NCBI GenBank assembly: GCA_028279365.1
Contig: JANQNX010000009.1
Span: 22,036-86,035 of the forward strand
Direction: 5' to 3'
DNA from: Gammaproteobacteria bacterium
GTDB taxonomy: Bacteria; Pseudomonadota; Gammaproteobacteria; Eutrophobiales; Eutrophobiaceae
DNA length: 64,000 nucleotides
Part shown: in pieces, positions 19,014 through 29,477 of the stretch
Numbering within the stretch: position 1 is the stretch's first letter
How the letters are laid out: every line of letters begins with the position of its first letter
Made by a program: the position numbers and the translations under genes
Notes under the pieces: model-generated
Told to the model about the DNA's origin: nothing
Seen by the model: the letters and a program-made list of their open reading frames with translations, nothing else
The model's database searches: none

Positions 19014-19707
19014 TAGGCTCTACCAGCCGATAGCCGGAGTTCTGAAGGGTATGCATGATCTGCTGATCAAAAGGACGATCAATAATTTTGCGCAAGGAAT
19101 AGATATGGCTGCGCAAGGTATCACTATCTGGCAGGATGTCACCCCAGACTTCTCGTTCAATCTGCCTGCGACTGACCACCCTGGGTGACGCCCGCATTAA
19201 GATACCGAGAATTTTCAGACCGATGGGTGTCAGCTTCAGCTCCTGCCCGGCTCGCATCACCTGTAAGGTACCGGTATCAAATGATAAATCGCCAACCGAT
19301 AAGACTTCTGGATTGAGCATGCCTTTCTGTCTGCGGATCAATACCTTAATACGTGCTTCTAACTCTTTGATCTCAAATGGCTTAATCAAATAATCATCAG
19401 CCCCGCCATCGAGCCCGGCCAATTTATCGTCGAGCGTATCGCGCGCCGTTAATATCAGCACCGGCGTTGACTGCTGCGCTTCCATTCGAAGTTTTTCCAG
19501 CACCTGCATGCCGTCCATCCCCGGCAACATTAGATCAAGAATAATGACATCGTAGGTATTTTTCACCGCCAGGTGCAGCCCGGTCACACCATCGGCGGCG
19601 TAATCAACCACATAACCACGCTGCTCGAGGTACTCATAAACCATGGTCGCGATGTCCTGATGATCCTCGATGAGCAATACATTTTCGTGATTAGGGCTGG
19701 TAGTCAT
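18985..19707 (-). CDS. OmpR-family response regulator (ColR-like)
   Basis: LLIED, LDLMLPGMDG, LTARD, GADDYLIKPF; winged helix with VWGD..PDSDTLRSHIY. Confidence 0.93.
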   Translation of the reverse strand: MTTSPNHENVLLIEDHQDIATMVYEYLEQRGYVVDYAADGVTGLHLAVKNTYDVIILDLMLPGMDGMQVLEKLRMEAQQSTPVLILTARDTLDDKLAGLDGGADDYLIKPFEIKELEARIKVLIRRQKGMLNPEVLSVGDLSFDTGTLQVMRAGQELKLTPIGLKILGILMRASPRVVSRRQIEREVWGDILPDSDTLRSHIYSLRKIIDRPFDQQIMHTLQNSGYRLVEPNADPDRSGT

Positions 19708-19748
19708 TATATCTGCCTGATTTTTCGCATGATGCTATAAACAGTCGT

Positions 19749-19764
19749 GTGATATCAATGTGAA
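19749..19764 (-). promoter_or_regulatory. Second ColR-like box, putative autoregulation site
   Basis: Minus strand TTCACATTGATATCAC, ~40 nt upstream of the regulator start. Confidence 0.5.
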
Positions 19765-19876
19765 GAGCAACAAAATCAGGGGCTAATAGTCTTTAAAGCA
19801 TTGTTATTCCTAGCGATGCAATACTCAATAAGGTAAAGTTGCCCCTCTTTGAAACAGCGTGATATGGCGATAAAGC

Positions 19877-20551
19877 ATGACTGAATTCGTAATTGCACCT
19901 TCAATCTTGTCGGCAGATATGGCCAGACTCGGCGAAGATACGGCTGCCGTGCTGGAAGCCGGCGCTGATTTCGTACATGTCGATGTGATGGATAATCACT
20001 ATGTCCCGAACCTGACCTTCGGGCCGGTCATCGTCAAAGCATTACGCGACTATGGCATCACCGCGCCACTCGATGTGCATTTAATGATCAAACCGGTTGA
20101 TCGCATTATCCCGGAATTTGCCGAAGCCGGTGCCAGCTATATTACCTTTCACCCAGAAGCGTCTGACCACATCGATCGTAGCCTGCAACTTATTAAAGAC
20201 AATGGCTGTAAGTCAGGTCTGGTCTTTAATCCTGCAACGCCATTAAACGTGCTTGAACATGTGATGGATAAAGTCGACATGATCTTATTGATGTCGGTGA
20301 ATCCCGGCTTTGGTGGACAGTCGTTTATCCCTTCCGCATTGGAAAAATTGAAAGTCGCCAGAGCCATGATCGATGCATCGGGCCTAGATATCAGGCTCGA
20401 AATCGATGGCGGTGTCAAAGTCGATAATATTGGCGAGATTGCCAGGGCTGGGGCCGATACCTTTGTTGCCGGTTCTGCCATCTTCAATAGCGATAACTAT
20501 AAGCAAACGATTCAAGCCATGCGCAATCAGCTTGCGCAGGCAAGTTCATAA
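19877..20551 (+). CDS. rpe: Ribulose-phosphate 3-epimerase
   Basis: [40 protein letters not shown]. Confidence 0.98.
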   Translation: MTEFVIAPSILSADMARLGEDTAAVLEAGADFVHVDVMDNHYVPNLTFGPVIVKALRDYGITAPLDVHLMIKPVDRIIPEFAEAGASYITFHPEASDHIDRSLQLIKDNGCKSGLVFNPATPLNVLEHVMDKVDMILLMSVNPGFGGQSFIPSALEKLKVARAMIDASGLDIRLEIDGGVKVDNIGEIARAGADTFVAGSAIFNSDNYKQTIQAMRNQLAQASS

Positions 20552-20566
20552 GCCACGCATCGACCT

Positions 20567-21238
20567 ATGTCACTCATCTCTCCTGATTTGGTATTGCTTG
20601 ATCTCGACGGTACGCTGGTCGACTCGATCCCGGATTTATCGCGCTGCCTGAATATGACGCTGCGCGATCTACAACAACCGGAACGAAAACTGGAAGATGT
20701 CAGAAACTGGGTCGGAAATGGCGTGGAAACCTTGATTCATCGCGCATTGATCAATGATATTGAAGGTCAGGCCGATCCCGAATTGGTGCAGCAAGCGCTG
20801 CCTATTTTTATGCGTTATTACCATGCTGAACCCTGCGAGCTGACCGAATGTTATCCCGGTGTGCGAGAAGGACTGACTACATTAAAGGCTGACGGCAAAA
20901 CGCTAGGTATCGTCACCAATAAAAATGAAGAGTTTGTCCCACCGATTCTGGAGAAACTCGGCATTCTGGATCACATGGATATCATTATTGGTGGTAACAC
21001 ACTGGAAAAAAGAAAACCCGATCCACTACCACTACTTCATGCAGCATCGATGTTTAAACAGGCACCAGAACAATCTGTGATGGTCGGCGATTCCATTAGT
21101 GATGTGAACGCGGCGCGTGCTGCCGGTTTTCAAATCGTGTGCGTCAGCTATGGTTACAATCATGGACAGGATATCTATGATACCAAGCCTGATGCTGTCA
21201 TTGATTCACTGGAACAACTCCCCGTATTGTTTCAATAA
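20567..21238 (+). CDS. gph: Phosphoglycolate phosphatase
   Basis: HAD motif LDLDGTLVDS, KPDP, MVGDS; conserved rpe-gph-trpE synteny. Confidence 0.94.
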   Translation: MSLISPDLVLLDLDGTLVDSIPDLSRCLNMTLRDLQQPERKLEDVRNWVGNGVETLIHRALINDIEGQADPELVQQALPIFMRYYHAEPCELTECYPGVREGLTTLKADGKTLGIVTNKNEEFVPPILEKLGILDHMDIIIGGNTLEKRKPDPLPLLHAASMFKQAPEQSVMVGDSISDVNAARAAGFQIVCVSYGYNHGQDIYDTKPDAVIDSLEQLPVLFQ

Positions 21239-21241
21239 ACC

Positions 21242-22720
21242 ATGTTAAGCGAAGCCGAATTTCATTCCTTACATAAACAGGGTTACAACCGCATTCCTCT
21301 GATGCGCGAAGTATTGGCCGATCTGGATACACCACTCAGTACTTATTTAAAACTGTGCAACGCGCCCTATTCTTATCTATTTGAATCCGTGCAGGGCGGC
21401 GAAAAATGGGGACGTTATTCGATCATTGGCCTACCAGCCAAAACCGTCATTCGCGCCAATGACAAACGCATTACGATAGAAACCGATAATGCCATTATCG
21501 AAGATTATCAAGTCGATGATCCTCTAGCAGAGATGGAATCAATCAAGGCCAGATATCGCGTGGCCGAAATCGATCACTTACCACGCTTTAGTGGTGGTTT
21601 GGTCGGTTACTTTGGTTATGAAACGATTCGCTATATTGAACCAAGATTAAATCAAAACGATAAGGACGATCCGATTGGCTCACCTGACATCCTGTTAATG
21701 TTGTCTGATGAAGTCGTCGTGTTCGATAATCTCAGTGGTAAGTTGTTCATTATCGTTCATGCCGATCCACAGCAACAATCGTCTTACACTAGAGCGATTG
21801 ATAGGCTGGACTCTCTGGTATCGCAACTTAACCAAACCCAAATTAATAACACCATGACCCATCGCTCGCGTGATGTGAACGAGCAAGATTTTGTTTCTGG
21901 TTTTAGCCAAAATCATTACGAAGCGGCAGTCGATAAAATTAAGCAATATATCGTTGATGGTGATGCCATGCAGGTAGTGTTGTCGCAACGACTGTCGATT
22001 CCATTTGAAGCCGAACCCATTCATTTATATCGCGCCCTACGTTGTTTAAATCCATCACCCTATATGTACTTTATGAACCTGGGTGATTTTCAAATCGTTG
22101 GCTCATCACCGGAAATACTGGTCAGACTCGAAGATGGCGTGGTCACAGTACGGCCGATTGCTGGCACGCGACCAAGAGGCGAGACCGAACAACAGGATCA
22201 GGAACTTGAACGTGATCTATTAAGTGATCCAAAAGAACTGGCGGAACACTTAATGTTGATTGATCTCGGTCGAAACGACACCGGCCGCGTTGCCAAGACC
22301 GGCACTGTCACACTAACCGATAAAATGATTATTGAACGCTACTCACATGTGATGCATATCGTGTCTAATGTCATTGGCGAATTAAAAGAGAATATGTCAG
22401 CCATGGACGTGTTACGTGCAACCTTCCCGGCAGGAACCGTCTCCGGCGCACCCAAGATCAGGGCGATGGAAATTATCGATGAGCTGGAACCGGTGAAACG
22501 TGGCGTCTACTCCGGGGCCGTCGGTTATTTATCCTGGAATGGTAATATGGATACGGCTATCGCAATACGAACAGCAGTCATTAAAAATAAAACGCTACAT
22601 ATTCAGGCAGGTGCCGGAATCGTGGCTGATTCCGTACCAAGAAATGAGTGGGACGAAACTATGAACAAGGGGCGCGCGATATTTCGTGCTGTCAGCCTGG
22701 CCGAGAAAGGCTTAAGCTAA
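21242..22720 (+). CDS. trpE: Anthranilate synthase component I
   Basis: [50 protein letters not shown]. Confidence 0.97.
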   Translation: MLSEAEFHSLHKQGYNRIPLMREVLADLDTPLSTYLKLCNAPYSYLFESVQGGEKWGRYSIIGLPAKTVIRANDKRITIETDNAIIEDYQVDDPLAEMESIKARYRVAEIDHLPRFSGGLVGYFGYETIRYIEPRLNQNDKDDPIGSPDILLMLSDEVVVFDNLSGKLFIIVHADPQQQSSYTRAIDRLDSLVSQLNQTQINNTMTHRSRDVNEQDFVSGFSQNHYEAAVDKIKQYIVDGDAMQVVLSQRLSIPFEAEPIHLYRALRCLNPSPYMYFMNLGDFQIVGSSPEILVRLEDGVVTVRPIAGTRPRGETEQQDQELERDLLSDPKELAEHLMLIDLGRNDTGRVAKTGTVTLTDKMIIERYSHVMHIVSNVIGELKENMSAMDVLRATFPAGTVSGAPKIRAMEIIDELEPVKRGVYSGAVGYLSWNGNMDTAIAIRTAVIKNKTLHIQAGAGIVADSVPRNEWDETMNKGRAIFRAVSLAEKGLS

Positions 22721-22740
22721 ACATAAATCGAGAAAAACCT

Positions 22741-23322
22741 ATGTTGTTAATGATCGACAATTATGATTCGTTTACCCATAACCTGGTGCAATATCTGGGT
22801 GAGCTGGATCAGGACGTGGAAGTTTATCGTAATGACAAGATCGATATTGATACCATCCGAGATATGCAGCCATCACATATTGTTATCTCGCCAGGGCCAT
22901 GCACGCCGAATGAAGCTGGTATTTCCATGGATGTGATTAATGAATTCCAGGGCAAGATACCCTTGCTTGGCGTCTGCCTTGGTCACCAAAGTATCGGGCA
23001 GTGTTTTGGTGGCAAGATCGTGCATGCACATGAGATCATGCATGGGAAAACATCGGATATTTATCATAATAACAGTGATGTGTTTGCCGGTTTTCAAAAC
23101 CCGTTTACCGCGACACGTTATCATTCATTAGTCATAGAAAAAGAATCCTTACCCGACTGCCTTGAAGTTACCGCCTGGACCCAGGACCCGGAAGGCAATC
23201 TGGATGAGATAATGGGGGTTCGACATAAAGACTTGCCTATATCAGGAGTACAGTTTCACCCGGAATCGATCCTGACTTCTTACGGTCATGAACTGTTGCA
23301 AAACTTCCTTAACAATAATTAG
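22741..23322 (+). CDS. trpG: Anthranilate synthase component II (glutamine amidotransferase)
   Basis: [35 protein letters not shown]; true start is the ATG at 22741. Confidence 0.95.
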   Translation: MLLMIDNYDSFTHNLVQYLGELDQDVEVYRNDKIDIDTIRDMQPSHIVISPGPCTPNEAGISMDVINEFQGKIPLLGVCLGHQSIGQCFGGKIVHAHEIMHGKTSDIYHNNSDVFAGFQNPFTATRYHSLVIEKESLPDCLEVTAWTQDPEGNLDEIMGVRHKDLPISGVQFHPESILTSYGHELLQNFLNNN

Positions 23323-23365
23323 CTATTGTAAGACTTTGGTAAAACCGATCGGTTTGTAATCAATA

Positions 23366-24388
23366 ATGGAAATAAAAACAGCTATTAACCAGGTCATCGC
23401 CGGTCAAAACTTAAGCCGCGACGATATGCACAGCGTGATGAAAACTATCATGCAAGGTGATGCAACTGCCGCGCAAATTGGTGGTTTGTTGGTAGCATTA
23501 CGCTTAAAAGGTGAAAGCGTTGATGAAATCACCGCCGCGGCTCAGGTGATGCGTGAACTGGCCGAGCCGGTGAGGGTCGATACCACCAATCTTGTGGATA
23601 CCTGCGGTACGGGTGGTGATGGTGCAAACACATTTAATATCTCGACGACCTCTGCTTTTGTCGTAGCCGCCAGCGGTGCTAATGTTGCCAAGCATGGTAA
23701 CCGTTCTGTTTCCAGTAAATCCGGTAGTGCCGATGTATTGGAAGCAGCGGGCATCAACCTGGAATTAACGCCAGAGCAGGTTGTAAGCTGTATCGAAACG
23801 GTTGGTATTGGATTCATGTTTGCGCCCATGCACCACAGCGCCATGAAACATGCGATTGGCCCACGCCGAGAACTCGGTGTAAGGACATTGTTTAATGTAT
23901 TGGGCCCATTAACCAATCCCGCCAGCGCACCGAATCAGGTGATTGGTGTATTCAGTAATGACTGGCTAGATCCTCTAGCCGAAGCATTAAAAACTCTCGG
24001 TAGTGAACACGTATTAGTGGTGCATGCAGAAGATGGCATGGACGAAATCAGCATTGCCACAAAGACCAATATTACTGAACTTAAAAATGGGACAATTGAT
24101 CATTACACAATTACCCCGGATGACTTCGGCATGCAGACCGCATCAATTGAATCACTGGCGGTGAATGATGTCGAACAAAGTCTGGAGATGATGCGAGCCG
24201 TGTTAAGCAATACCGCAGAACCAGTAGCCAAAAACATTGTGGCACTAAATGCCGGCGCAGCAATTTATGCGGCAAACATCACTGAGTCTATTCGTGATGG
24301 AGTCAACAAGGCCTTGGAACTGATTGAGTCCGGCCAGGCGCAACAAAAACTTGAACAATTAATTACGCACAGCCAATCGTTTAATTAA
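23366..24388 (+). CDS. trpD: Anthranilate phosphoribosyltransferase
   Basis: [29 protein letters not shown]. Confidence 0.97.
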   Translation: MEIKTAINQVIAGQNLSRDDMHSVMKTIMQGDATAAQIGGLLVALRLKGESVDEITAAAQVMRELAEPVRVDTTNLVDTCGTGGDGANTFNISTTSAFVVAASGANVAKHGNRSVSSKSGSADVLEAAGINLELTPEQVVSCIETVGIGFMFAPMHHSAMKHAIGPRRELGVRTLFNVLGPLTNPASAPNQVIGVFSNDWLDPLAEALKTLGSEHVLVVHAEDGMDEISIATKTNITELKNGTIDHYTITPDDFGMQTASIESLAVNDVEQSLEMMRAVLSNTAEPVAKNIVALNAGAAIYAANITESIRDGVNKALELIESGQAQQKLEQLITHSQSFN

Positions 24389-24389
24389 C

Positions 24390-25193
24390 ATGACGTTAGA
24401 AAATACACCCGATATTTTAAAAAACATACTTAACTACAAAGCGGAGTATGTTGATCATTGCAAACGCAATGTGTCTGCTGAAGACATCAAACATATGGCG
24501 AGCGATGCTGAGCCTGGCAGAGGTTTTACCTATCATATCAAGTACGCCATAGAAAACGGCAAACCGGCCGTCATTGCTGAAATTAAAAAGGCCTCACCCA
24601 GCCGTGGCATAATTCGTGAAGATTTCAAACCCGATGCGATTGCAGCGAGTTATACTGAGGCTGGCGCCTGCTGTCTCTCAGTACTAACCGACATAGAATA
24701 TTTCAAAGGCAGTGATGATTACCTGAAACAGGCGCGCGCAGCTTGCACATTACCGATCTTGCGCAAGGACTTCATGATTGATCCTTATCAAATCTATGAA
24801 GCCAAGGCGATTGGCGCCGATTGTATTTTAATCATTGTCTCGGCCTTATCTGATATGCAAATGCAGGATTTGATCGGTGTCGCTTATGAGATCGGTCTTG
24901 ATGTGTTGATCGAGGTGCATAATCGTGAAGAGCTGGAGCGCGGGCTGGTACAGCGAACACCGCTGATTGGTATCAATAATAGAAACCTACATACCTTCGA
25001 GACCTCTCTCGATACAACCCTGGGCTTATTAACCGATGTGTTTCACGATCGTACGGTTGTCACTGAAAGCGGAATTCATACTGAAGACGACGTCAAACTC
25101 ATGCGCAAAAATAATGTTAACGCCTTCCTGGTAGGCGAGGCGTTCATGAAAGCAGAAGATCCCGGTTCAGAATTAAAGAAACTATTTTTTTAA
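24390..25193 (+). CDS. trpC: Indole-3-glycerol phosphate synthase
   Basis: IAEIKKASPS, LSVLTD, LRKDF, GINNRNL, ESGI. Confidence 0.97.
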   Translation: MTLENTPDILKNILNYKAEYVDHCKRNVSAEDIKHMASDAEPGRGFTYHIKYAIENGKPAVIAEIKKASPSRGIIREDFKPDAIAASYTEAGACCLSVLTDIEYFKGSDDYLKQARAACTLPILRKDFMIDPYQIYEAKAIGADCILIIVSALSDMQMQDLIGVAYEIGLDVLIEVHNREELERGLVQRTPLIGINNRNLHTFETSLDTTLGLLTDVFHDRTVVTESGIHTEDDVKLMRKNNVNAFLVGEAFMKAEDPGSELKKLFF

Positions 25194-25235
25194 ATCCATA
25201 TTGAAACAACATCAATCGATTTACAGGAGTGTATT

Positions 25236-26105
25236 ATGTTGAAGCAAAACCTTATTGCACTGTTCATATTAGTATTTTCAACGACAGCATTTGCGGCACC
25301 TTCTGCCGTTGAACAAATCTGGCAATTGGAAGGCTTAAAAAACCCTGAGTCGGTGGTATACGATAAAAAACGTAACCGTCTCTATATATCCAATGTCGAC
25401 GGTGGTTCCATGGATCTGGATGGTAAAGGTTCAATCAGCATCGTATCGTTGGATGGTAAAATGCTCAACCCCGAATGGGTCACCGGTTTAAATGCGCCTA
25501 AAGGTCTGGCCTTATCAAATGATAAACTTTATGTCGCAGACGTAGATACATTAGTTGTCATCAATGTTGAGTCCGCTGCGATTGAAAATAAATACAAGGT
25601 CGATGATGCCAAGTTCCTAAACGATGTCGCTGCCGATCCTAACGGTAATATTTATGTCTCTGATATGATGTTAAATCGTATTCATCGATTACAAGGCAGT
25701 GAGTTTACTATCTGGCTTGAAGGCGAGGCACTGGAAAGCCCAAATGGCCTTCACTTTGAAGAAGATGACATCATGTTAGGCAGCTGGGGCAAAATGACCG
25801 ATGGATTTGCAACTGCAGTCCCGGGACACTTAAAACGCATCTCACTTAAAGATAAGGAAATTTCTTCCGTCGGCGATGGTAGTCCGGTCGGTAACCTTGA
25901 TGGGTTAGAAGGGACAGAAGACACCGGTTTTTATGTCACCGACTGGTTTAATGGCAAGCTGTTTCACATATCCAGAAAAGGCGTTGTCACAGAGTTACTC
26001 GATTTAAATCAGGGCAGTGCCGATCTCGAATTCATCGAAGAACAAAATCTGCTCCTGATTCCCATGATGAAAGATAATGTATTGAATGCTTACCAAATAA
26101 AATAA
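25236..26105 (+). CDS. Exported beta-propeller protein (SMP-30/gluconolactonase-like)
   Basis: Signal peptide; NPESV, NAPKG, FLNDV, SPNGL and NLDG blade motifs. Confidence 0.8.
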   Translation: MLKQNLIALFILVFSTTAFAAPSAVEQIWQLEGLKNPESVVYDKKRNRLYISNVDGGSMDLDGKGSISIVSLDGKMLNPEWVTGLNAPKGLALSNDKLYVADVDTLVVINVESAAIENKYKVDDAKFLNDVAADPNGNIYVSDMMLNRIHRLQGSEFTIWLEGEALESPNGLHFEEDDIMLGSWGKMTDGFATAVPGHLKRISLKDKEISSVGDGSPVGNLDGLEGTEDTGFYVTDWFNGKLFHISRKGVVTELLDLNQGSADLEFIEEQNLLLIPMMKDNVLNAYQIK

Positions 26106-26108
26106 TGC

Positions 26109-26405
26109 ATGGCGATTCAATGCAATGTTGAAGAATTAAAACCGACTGGTATTACCTGTCCAGCGTGTCGTAAAGGCACGCTGGAACCTGCCCGCGGCCG
26201 CTTTGGCCCGTTGTATAAATGCTCAGCAACAGGTTGTCGTAACTATGTTGAAACCCGCCCTACCGGTAAGAAATGTCGTTATGAACGAGACGGTAAAAAA
26301 TGCGGCGCATTGATGGTGGAAGGCACGAAAACCATACCCGATCGCTGTAGCGACAAAACCTGCCCTAACCGAAACCCGCACAAACTTAATAAAGCAAAAA
26401 AATAG
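26109..26405 (+). CDS. Small protein with topoisomerase-type C4 zinc ribbons
   Basis: CPAC...GRFGPLYKCS...C, followed by a second Cys cluster. Confidence 0.7.
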   Translation: MAIQCNVEELKPTGITCPACRKGTLEPARGRFGPLYKCSATGCRNYVETRPTGKKCRYERDGKKCGALMVEGTKTIPDRCSDKTCPNRNPHKLNKAKK

Positions 26406-26464
26406 TTCCTCACTTCCGCTTGTGTCATACTCAATTACCTTGGGTCGAGATTGGATAAGTATCG

Positions 26465-27766
26465 ATGTGGGATATAACACAACTGGAAGCCTATTTTGAT
26501 CAACTGTTAAAAACCACAGTGGCATGGTCGACCAGTCCAAGCTTCTATGCGCAGTGTGGCCTTGTCTTATTCTCGCTGGTATTTGCCTTTACGCTTGCAC
26601 AATTCTTAAAAAAGAGTGTGCCTATTTTTCGGGATCAACCGAAACAAGGTAACCTGTATGGTTTCAGAAGAAACATCTTTCTCGCCAGCGATCTGCTGTT
26701 TCCACTATTTAATATCGTCTTTCTGGGTATTGCCGTTGAGGTAAGTACCGAATTTATCGAACACAGTTGGCTGGTGCGTATCTCTCAAAGTCTGGCCGTG
26801 GTGTTTATGCTGTATTCGGTGATCAACCGGATTATCCGTAATCAATTAGTACGACGTATTGTCACCTGGATTGCAATACCTATCGCATTACTGGAAGTAT
26901 TCGGCTGGCTGGATGATGTCACGACCTATCTCGATTCGATTGATATTCAAATTGGTAACATCCGTATTTCGGCTTATGGTATCGCTCGCGTCATCATATT
27001 TGGCTTCGTTTTATTCTGGCTAGGCCGCGTCTCCAATCAAATCGGCCAACAGGTCATTCGTAACCAGGAAGACCTGGATGTCGGCACGCGTGAAGTGTTT
27101 GCCAAATTATTCCAGGTCACACTCACGGTTGTTATTTTTATCCTGTTATTGCAGGTAATGGGAATCAACTTGACGGCGCTGGCTGTATTCGGCGGTGCCT
27201 TGGGTGTCGGACTTGGCTTTGGCCTACAAGCCATCGCGTCGAACTTTATTTCCGGCATTATTATCCTGTTAGATCGGTCGATTACTGTCGGCGATCACAT
27301 TGAGCTAGAAGACGGACGCAGCGGTGTAATTCGCGAATTAAAAATGCGATCTACGACCTTGGAGACCTATGACGGCAAAGACATCATGGTGCCAAATGAA
27401 CAATTTATTACTTCCAATTTTGTTAACTGGACACATAAAAATTTAAAACAACGCTATGCCATTAATTTCCAAATAGCGTATGACACCGACCTGCATAAAT
27501 TATTCGATATCCTGCGTGAAGTGGTCGCCAGCCACCCGCAGGTATTAAGTGGTGATGATATCCCCATTGAAGAACGACCCGATGCCGAGATTGCCGGCTT
27601 CGGTGATTCCGGCGTCGATATCCTGGTTGAGTTCTGGATGGAAGGCATAGATGATGGCAAGAACCGCGTTGGTGCCGATTTATTATTAATGATTTGGGAT
27701 GCGTTAAAAGAAAATAATATGGAAATACCCTATCCAAGACGCGAAGTCACTTTGCTAAATCAATAA
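26465..27766 (+). CDS. MscS-family mechanosensitive channel
   Basis: GGALGVGLGFGLQAIASNFISG, VGDHIE, VPNEQF, NW, EIPYPRR. Confidence 0.93.
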   Translation: MWDITQLEAYFDQLLKTTVAWSTSPSFYAQCGLVLFSLVFAFTLAQFLKKSVPIFRDQPKQGNLYGFRRNIFLASDLLFPLFNIVFLGIAVEVSTEFIEHSWLVRISQSLAVVFMLYSVINRIIRNQLVRRIVTWIAIPIALLEVFGWLDDVTTYLDSIDIQIGNIRISAYGIARVIIFGFVLFWLGRVSNQIGQQVIRNQEDLDVGTREVFAKLFQVTLTVVIFILLLQVMGINLTALAVFGGALGVGLGFGLQAIASNFISGIIILLDRSITVGDHIELEDGRSGVIRELKMRSTTLETYDGKDIMVPNEQFITSNFVNWTHKNLKQRYAINFQIAYDTDLHKLFDILREVVASHPQVLSGDDIPIEERPDAEIAGFGDSGVDILVEFWMEGIDDGKNRVGADLLLMIWDALKENNMEIPYPRREVTLLNQ

Positions 27767-27797
27767 ACAATAGAAGAGAAATAAATCTGAATATGAA

Positions 27798-28214
27798 ATG
27801 CAAATAACTGATACCAGTCGGGAGATATTTAGATCAAGTCTTGAACGTTGCCAACAAGACTCAAAGTTTATTGGGCTTTTTTATCATAAATTTGTCATTT
27901 CGAACCCGTTAGTACGTGAGAAATTCAAACATACCAACATGGATAATCAAAAGATGATGTTGCATGCTTCAATGAATCTCATCATGTTAGCGACCCAACA
28001 AAACGAAACAGCATCGATCTATCTCGACCAGATTGCCAAACGGCATTCCAAACTGGATCTGGATATCCCAAAAGAGTTATACCAACTATGGTTAACGACG
28101 CTGCTGGAAACCGTTAAGGAAACCGACCCCGACTATAATGAGGAAGTTAAGCAAGCGTGGCAGGCGATAATGCAATTCGGTATTGACTACATGCAGACAA
28201 GATATGCGAATTAA
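27798..28214 (+). CDS. Single-domain globin
   Basis: F..FY..F...P.V..KF..T.M..QK pattern, proximal His in IAKRHSK, LYQLW and AW. Confidence 0.8.
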   Translation: MQITDTSREIFRSSLERCQQDSKFIGLFYHKFVISNPLVREKFKHTNMDNQKMMLHASMNLIMLATQQNETASIYLDQIAKRHSKLDLDIPKELYQLWLTTLLETVKETDPDYNEEVKQAWQAIMQFGIDYMQTRYAN

Positions 28215-28378
28215 GTCTTGATGCCTGACTCTCGTTTGATACGTTCTATTTTTTCCCGCCAGCGTTTTAACGCGCGTTCATAACAAACAAATACACAGTT
28301 TTCGCAATTCCTCCCGCAGCATTCAGACTCATGGGGTTCAACCGGTGTGGGCGGAAACTTGTACGCATCGGCACGCAT
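28211..28378 (-). CDS. 55-aa oxidoreductase-like N-terminal domain protein (absent from the ORF track)
   Basis: Hand translation MRADAYKFPPTPVEPHESECCGRNCENCVFVCYERALKRWREKIERIKRESGIKT; starts 2 nt after the VOC gene stop. Confidence 0.75.
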   Translation of the reverse strand: MRADAYKFPPTPVEPHESECCGRNCENCVFVCYERALKRWREKIERIKRESGIKT

Positions 28379-28380
28379 GC

Positions 28381-28806
28381 TTATCCCGTCGAAAACAGCA
28401 TGCTCATGTCGCGGAAAGATTTAAACTCCAGTGCATTGCCACTGGGATCCTGAATAAAACAGGTTGCCTGCTCACCCGGTTGACCTTCAAAACGAATCGT
28501 CGGCTTAATCAAAAATTCAATATCAGCATTATTTAAGCTATCGACTAACTGATTCCAGACGTCCCATTCCAGTATTAAACCCAAATGTCTGACTGGTACC
28601 GATTCACTATCAACCTGATTGGTTTTAGCCAGGCCGGTCGCTTCCGGTTTCACATGAGCAGAGACCTGGTGGCCGAAAAAATTAAAATCAATCCAAAGCG
28701 TATCCTCACGACCAACTTCACAACCGAGTATGTCCTGATAAAAATGTCGCGTGGTATTGATGTCGTTGACCGGTATCGCCAGATGAAAAGGGGGTAATGG
28801 TTTCAT
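28381..28806 (-). CDS. VOC/glyoxalase family protein
   Basis: PFHLAIPV, DFNFFGHQ, VPVRH, GEQAT, DPSGNALEFK. Confidence 0.88.
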   Translation of the reverse strand: MKPLPPFHLAIPVNDINTTRHFYQDILGCEVGREDTLWIDFNFFGHQVSAHVKPEATGLAKTNQVDSESVPVRHLGLILEWDVWNQLVDSLNNADIEFLIKPTIRFEGQPGEQATCFIQDPSGNALEFKSFRDMSMLFSTG

Positions 28807-28808
28807 GT

Positions 28809-29465
28809 TTATTTTAGGCGATGCTGCTTGCCATAGGTTTTAAACTTTTCCAGGTTAACCTGCATCTCTACGTCGTCCAGTAATACCGGTTCACCGGTTT
28901 GCAAACAAATACTGTATTGCCTGGCTAGTGACTCCACTTCATGTGCCAATGCATACGCATCGTCAACGTTATCACCAGTTGCTATCTGTCCATGGTTTGC
29001 CATTAAACAGGCGCGCTTATCGGCCAAGGCATTGACAACATTCTCCGACAGCGTATCGGTACCAAAGGTGGCATAGTCAGCACAGTCGATACTGTTACCC
29101 CCGGCTATCGCAACCATATAATGAAATGCCGGAATAGACTGTCGGCGACAGGCAAGCGCCGTTGCATAAGTGGAATGTGTGTGCACGATGGCATGAATAT
29201 CATTACGCGTTTTGTATATCGCCGCATGAAACGGCCACTCGGTCGACGGCTGCCATTCACCGGATAACACCTTGCCTTCAAGATCACAGTAAATCAGATC
29301 AAGCGGCTTTAATTCTGAATAGGCCAAACCGCTGGGCGTAATCACAAAACCGTTATCATGACGCGCACTGATATTACCCGACTTACCTACGCTAATACCG
29401 CTCGCGTTAAAATCTTTGGCAACATCGATAATTGCTTCGCATAGTTCTGTCGATATCATGCCCAT
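28809..29465 (-). CDS. Class II aldolase (FucA/Ald2-like)
   Basis: SGNISAR, ITPSG, PSTEWPFH, VHTHS, IPAFHYMVA, ANHG. Confidence 0.9.
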   Translation of the reverse strand: MGMISTELCEAIIDVAKDFNASGISVGKSGNISARHDNGFVITPSGLAYSELKPLDLIYCDLEGKVLSGEWQPSTEWPFHAAIYKTRNDIHAIVHTHSTYATALACRRQSIPAFHYMVAIAGGNSIDCADYATFGTDTLSENVVNALADKRACLMANHGQIATGDNVDDAYALAHEVESLARQYSICLQTGEPVLLDDVEMQVNLEKFKTYGKQHRLK

Positions 29466-29477
29466 CTGTACTTAAGC

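Noticed and set aside
21239-21241. Trp attenuator or leader peptide before trpE
   Set aside because: trpE starts 3 nt after gph, leaving no room for a leader
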